64,000 nt of DNA from a virus: positions 1 to 64,000 of the IMG/VR virus record IMGVR_UViG_3300044630_006441, one strand, 5' to 3'. Within the stretch, counting starts at the first letter, position 1; every line of letters begins with the position of its first letter. The position numbers and the translations under genes are program-made. Under the pieces are notes generated by a model that was not told the origin of the DNA, did not search any database, and saw only the letters and a program-made list of their open reading frames with translations. Shown here one piece after another: positions 61,217-64,000 of this stretch.

Positions 61217-61598
61217 CTGGATAGGCATCCCGACCAATGGAACCGTCACGCACTCCAAGGCAGGCCCGAAGCTTGTCATGGGTTCAGGTCTCGCCAAAGA
61301 GGCGCGTGACAAATGGCCGGGGCTGGATCAGTTCTGGGGCCAGCATGTGCGGGATCATGGCAATGTCCCGTGCGAGGCACCCTGGTTGCGGCTGATCTCG
61401 GTCCCAACACAACATCATTTTTCTGAAAGATCTGATCTAGGATTGATTCAACGCTCGGCGCTGTTCCTGGCGCACTGGGCGTGGGAGCAGAAAATCGAAC
61501 TGGTTTACCTGCCCAGGCTTGGGTGTGGCCTGCGGTGGTCCGAGGTGAAGCCTTTGCTCGAAGGCATACTCGATGACCGTTTTATTATCTTGAATTAG
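61179..61598 (+). CDS. Macrodomain (ADP-ribose binding/processing) protein
   Basis: GDLF...IPTN...VMGSGLAKE...LPRLGCGL.W. Confidence 0.8.
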   Translation: MIERRGDLFAQHDWIGIPTNGTVTHSKAGPKLVMGSGLAKEARDKWPGLDQFWGQHVRDHGNVPCEAPWLRLISVPTQHHFSERSDLGLIQRSALFLAHWAWEQKIELVYLPRLGCGLRWSEVKPLLEGILDDRFIILN

Positions 61599-61630
61599 AA
61601 GGGGTGCTGCGGCGCCCCTTTTTTATTTAT
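61599..61630 (+). terminator. Intrinsic terminator
   Basis: AAGGGGTGC...GCGCCCCTT plus T tract. Confidence 0.7.
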
Positions 61631-61685
61631 CTCCACTGCACTAATCCGCCCACATTTCCATGCTTGGCAGGGTAGTATCTGTCGA

Positions 61686-62210
61686 GTGATCCTTCTAATC
61701 AAACCGGGGTATAGTCCTATGATAAATCCAGGAGCGCCTGCTATGGACATCTCGGTTGAATATATGGTTAAGCGTCATCTGCCAGATGTTCTTGAAGTAG
61801 AACGTGCAGCATGGACTTATAACGACAAAGACTTCGGTGAGATACTCCATCCTTTCCATTGGGATGAAGGAAAGTTTATTGCCGAAGTGCGTCGAAAATC
61901 TACCGTGTTTTACGTTGCCGCCGAAGGGCCGGTAGTGGGTGGGTTTGCGGTGGTCTCCCGCAACAAGGACCGTTCCAGCACCACGGTGGAACGCCTGGCT
62001 GTCCACCCTCTTTTCCGTCGACGCGGTCTTGGCTCTGCCATGCTCGAAGAGATCCTCACCCGAAGCGTGAGCAATAAATTCACGGCGCATGTTCGCGAGC
62101 ACGACGAAGACTCGATCTACTTTTTCCGGGCCAAGGGGTGGCAGGGCAAGCTGGCCCCCAACCTGTATGGTCGTGACCAGGACGGAATCATTTTCTCTCG
62201 TCCAGACTAA
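61686..62210 (+). CDS. GNAT acetyltransferase (RimI-like)
   Basis: LAVHPLFRRRGLGS acetyl-CoA motif; start possibly 61743. Confidence 0.85.
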   Translation: MILLIKPGYSPMINPGAPAMDISVEYMVKRHLPDVLEVERAAWTYNDKDFGEILHPFHWDEGKFIAEVRRKSTVFYVAAEGPVVGGFAVVSRNKDRSSTTVERLAVHPLFRRRGLGSAMLEEILTRSVSNKFTAHVREHDEDSIYFFRAKGWQGKLAPNLYGRDQDGIIFSRPD

Positions 62211-62279
62211 TTACTTAACAATCATCCTAGTCAAGAATATGCTGACATTGTCAGCCTCTATTCTTTTCTAGGAACGACC

Positions 62280-62983
62280 ATGCCAAACCAGCTGCTTGAA
62301 GACGCACGGGACATTCTCGATTCCCTGTTGCAGGTCAGCCAGAACTCACCCTTCCATCAACGCGTCACGGACGCCTATGTCAATGTCTCCCGGGGCATTG
62401 AGGAACTAAAGAAGGCCATCTCCGACCGGGAAACCGCCTTCCAGCAGCAGCTCATCCACGAGGCCATGAAGCCCACCTGGGCCTCTACCGCTGACGTGGA
62501 AAAGGCTATCTCCAGCGAAAACCCTGCTTCCCATCTGATCTCGATCCGCCCCACCGACAAGTTCGAGGGGTTCGAGCTGACCAACGCCCTGTTCCAGACC
62601 AAGGTCATCCCGATCGCCGTGGTCACAACACCGGCAAACGCCGCCGAGAAGCAGATCACCCTCAACGCCATCACCATCATCGATGGCGGACTCAAGATCG
62701 CCTTCGGCCCCGATGACCGCTTCTATTCGGTTGAGACGGCCACCCTGCTTGCCGAGGAGGTTTCATGATCCGCACCTTGGTTGAAGGTGATTTGATGACG
62801 ATCGCGGATTACCGGCTGTACCGCTGGTTTGACGCGATCGAGAAGGCGAAGACGACCGGTTACCGTGTCGTTTCGGTGCGGTGTGTGCGTGGTTGGTTTT
62901 TCAATTCTTATGTCGCGGCATTGACTCTCAGTTCGGGTTTCAATGTCGATTTTACGATTGGTCCTGTGCGGACACGTTCTTAG
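62280..62983 (+). CDS. Two hypothetical genes (62280-62768, 62765-62983)
   Basis: Coupled ORFs. Confidence 0.55.
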
Positions 62984-62992
62984 GAGATTGCC

Positions 62993-63316
62993 ATGTCCTT
63001 GATTTTGACAGACAGCCAGGAAGTCACCCTTTCAGTCACGCCGGTCAGCAGGGCGGGGAATGTCGTTGGGGTTGAGACCCCGACATGGGCCTCGTCTGAC
63101 CCGTCGGTCCTTGAAGTCCAGGTCGACGAGAAAGACCCACTCAAAGTCCTGGTCAAGACGACCGGCAAGGTTGGTTCGGCCCAGGTCCAGTTCTCCTGCG
63201 ACGCCAAGCTTGGCGAGGGTGTCAGCCCTCTCCTGTCCACCCTGGATGTCGAAGTGGTTGCCGGTGAGGCCGTCAACCTGAAGATCGACGCCGCCACCCC
63301 CACCGAGAAGGCGTAA
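62993..63316 (+). CDS. Stand-alone Ig-like domain protein
   Basis: PTWASSDPSV motif; all-beta pattern. Confidence 0.55.
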   Translation: MSLILTDSQEVTLSVTPVSRAGNVVGVETPTWASSDPSVLEVQVDEKDPLKVLVKTTGKVGSAQVQFSCDAKLGEGVSPLLSTLDVEVVAGEAVNLKIDAATPTEKA

Positions 63317-63324
63317 GAAGCCCT

Positions 63325-63895
63325 ATGGTAAAGCGCGCAAAATACGTCGAAGCCCTTCAAAAGATGAATGATGATTCCTTTTGGGACGGCATCTACGACG
63401 ATGTCGAGCGGCTTTACCTCATGGAGCCACTCATCAATGCCATGGAGGCGTTCGCTGTCGCTGACCAGGCCCTTGCTCTCGCCAAGGAGGTGATCATCTC
63501 TTTGGTGGAGGGCAAGCCTGGGGCGAAGGCGATGGCGGAATTATTCCTGAAGGAGATTGCCGATGAACCCGATGGCCCTTGAGGAGGCTGGGTTCAAGGA
63601 GTTGCCTGTCCCGGCCATGTGGAACTGCACAAGGCTGTGGGGCTACTGCCGGAAAGATAAGCGCGGACGCCAATTCACCGTCAATGTCCGCTACTACGAC
63701 CTCAGAAAATACCACTACAACGGAGAATCCTGGGACGCCATCTCTCAGTTCTGGTTCCGGATCAACGACAGGGAATGCACCACCAATGTGGAACTGATGG
63801 ACATCGAGGGCATGTCACCTGAGGACATCATCGATTGGTTCCATAGCGTCTGGCAGGATATGGGCGCGCATCACGACAAAATGTGGGGAGAGTAG
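63325..63895 (+). CDS. Two hypothetical genes (63325-63582, 63563-63895)
   Basis: ORFs with RBS and overlap. Confidence 0.55.
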
Positions 63896-64000
63896 GATGC
63901 CGAAGCATTGGCATGATTCCATCAGGATTCAGCAACCCGCCGACATGAAAGCGGGCAAGGACGAGATTCAGACATTGGACATCAAGGTCGAACCCGCAGA

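Noticed and set aside
1-64000. Stop-codon reassignment (TGA read-through at the repeats)
   Set aside because: Large genes are intact under the standard code, and genes downstream of the repeats have their own RBS and start codon.
1-64000. Host assignment
   Set aside because: The CsrA-like, ECF-like and ERCC4 genes are only suggestive; no host can be named without searches.

Overview
This window is part of a large tailed-phage (Caudoviricetes) genome with two divergent arms. The minus-strand arm (1-36.9 kb) is the virion morphogenesis region. In transcription order it holds a sigma-70-like gene, a probable small terminase, an ERCC4-type nuclease, large terminase, portal, protease/scaffold, a decoration protein, major capsid, about 18 kb of fibre and LamG adhesin genes, neck genes, tail tube, chaperone-like genes and the 5' part of the tape measure gene. 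The plus-strand arm (37-64 kb) is a dense run of small, mostly unknown early-type genes, including a GP88-like protein, a CsrA homologue, a LexA-like DNA-binding domain, an ECF-like sigma, a macrodomain and a GNAT. The most striking structure is a 29-bp bipartite element at 39.1-52.5 kb, with 26 copies counted by eye, all on the + strand. Type A (19 copies) is TGAGACAAT-N8-GACAGGCACTCT and type B (7 copies) ends in about RACCTGCACYWA. Type A separates genes like cassettes, and its first TGA is often the stop codon of the preceding gene. The copies are organised by five larger leader modules (terminator, covarying hairpin, type B, type A). A 468-aa ORF with weak sigma-70 region 2/4-like motifs lies immediately upstream, behind a host-type TTGACA promoter. 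A separate motif (GGTGTA) precedes late genes. The simplest model is a phage-encoded multi-sigma transcription cascade in which promoter+gene units may also be shuffled by recombination. All functional calls come from motif recognition and gene order only; no database searches were run.
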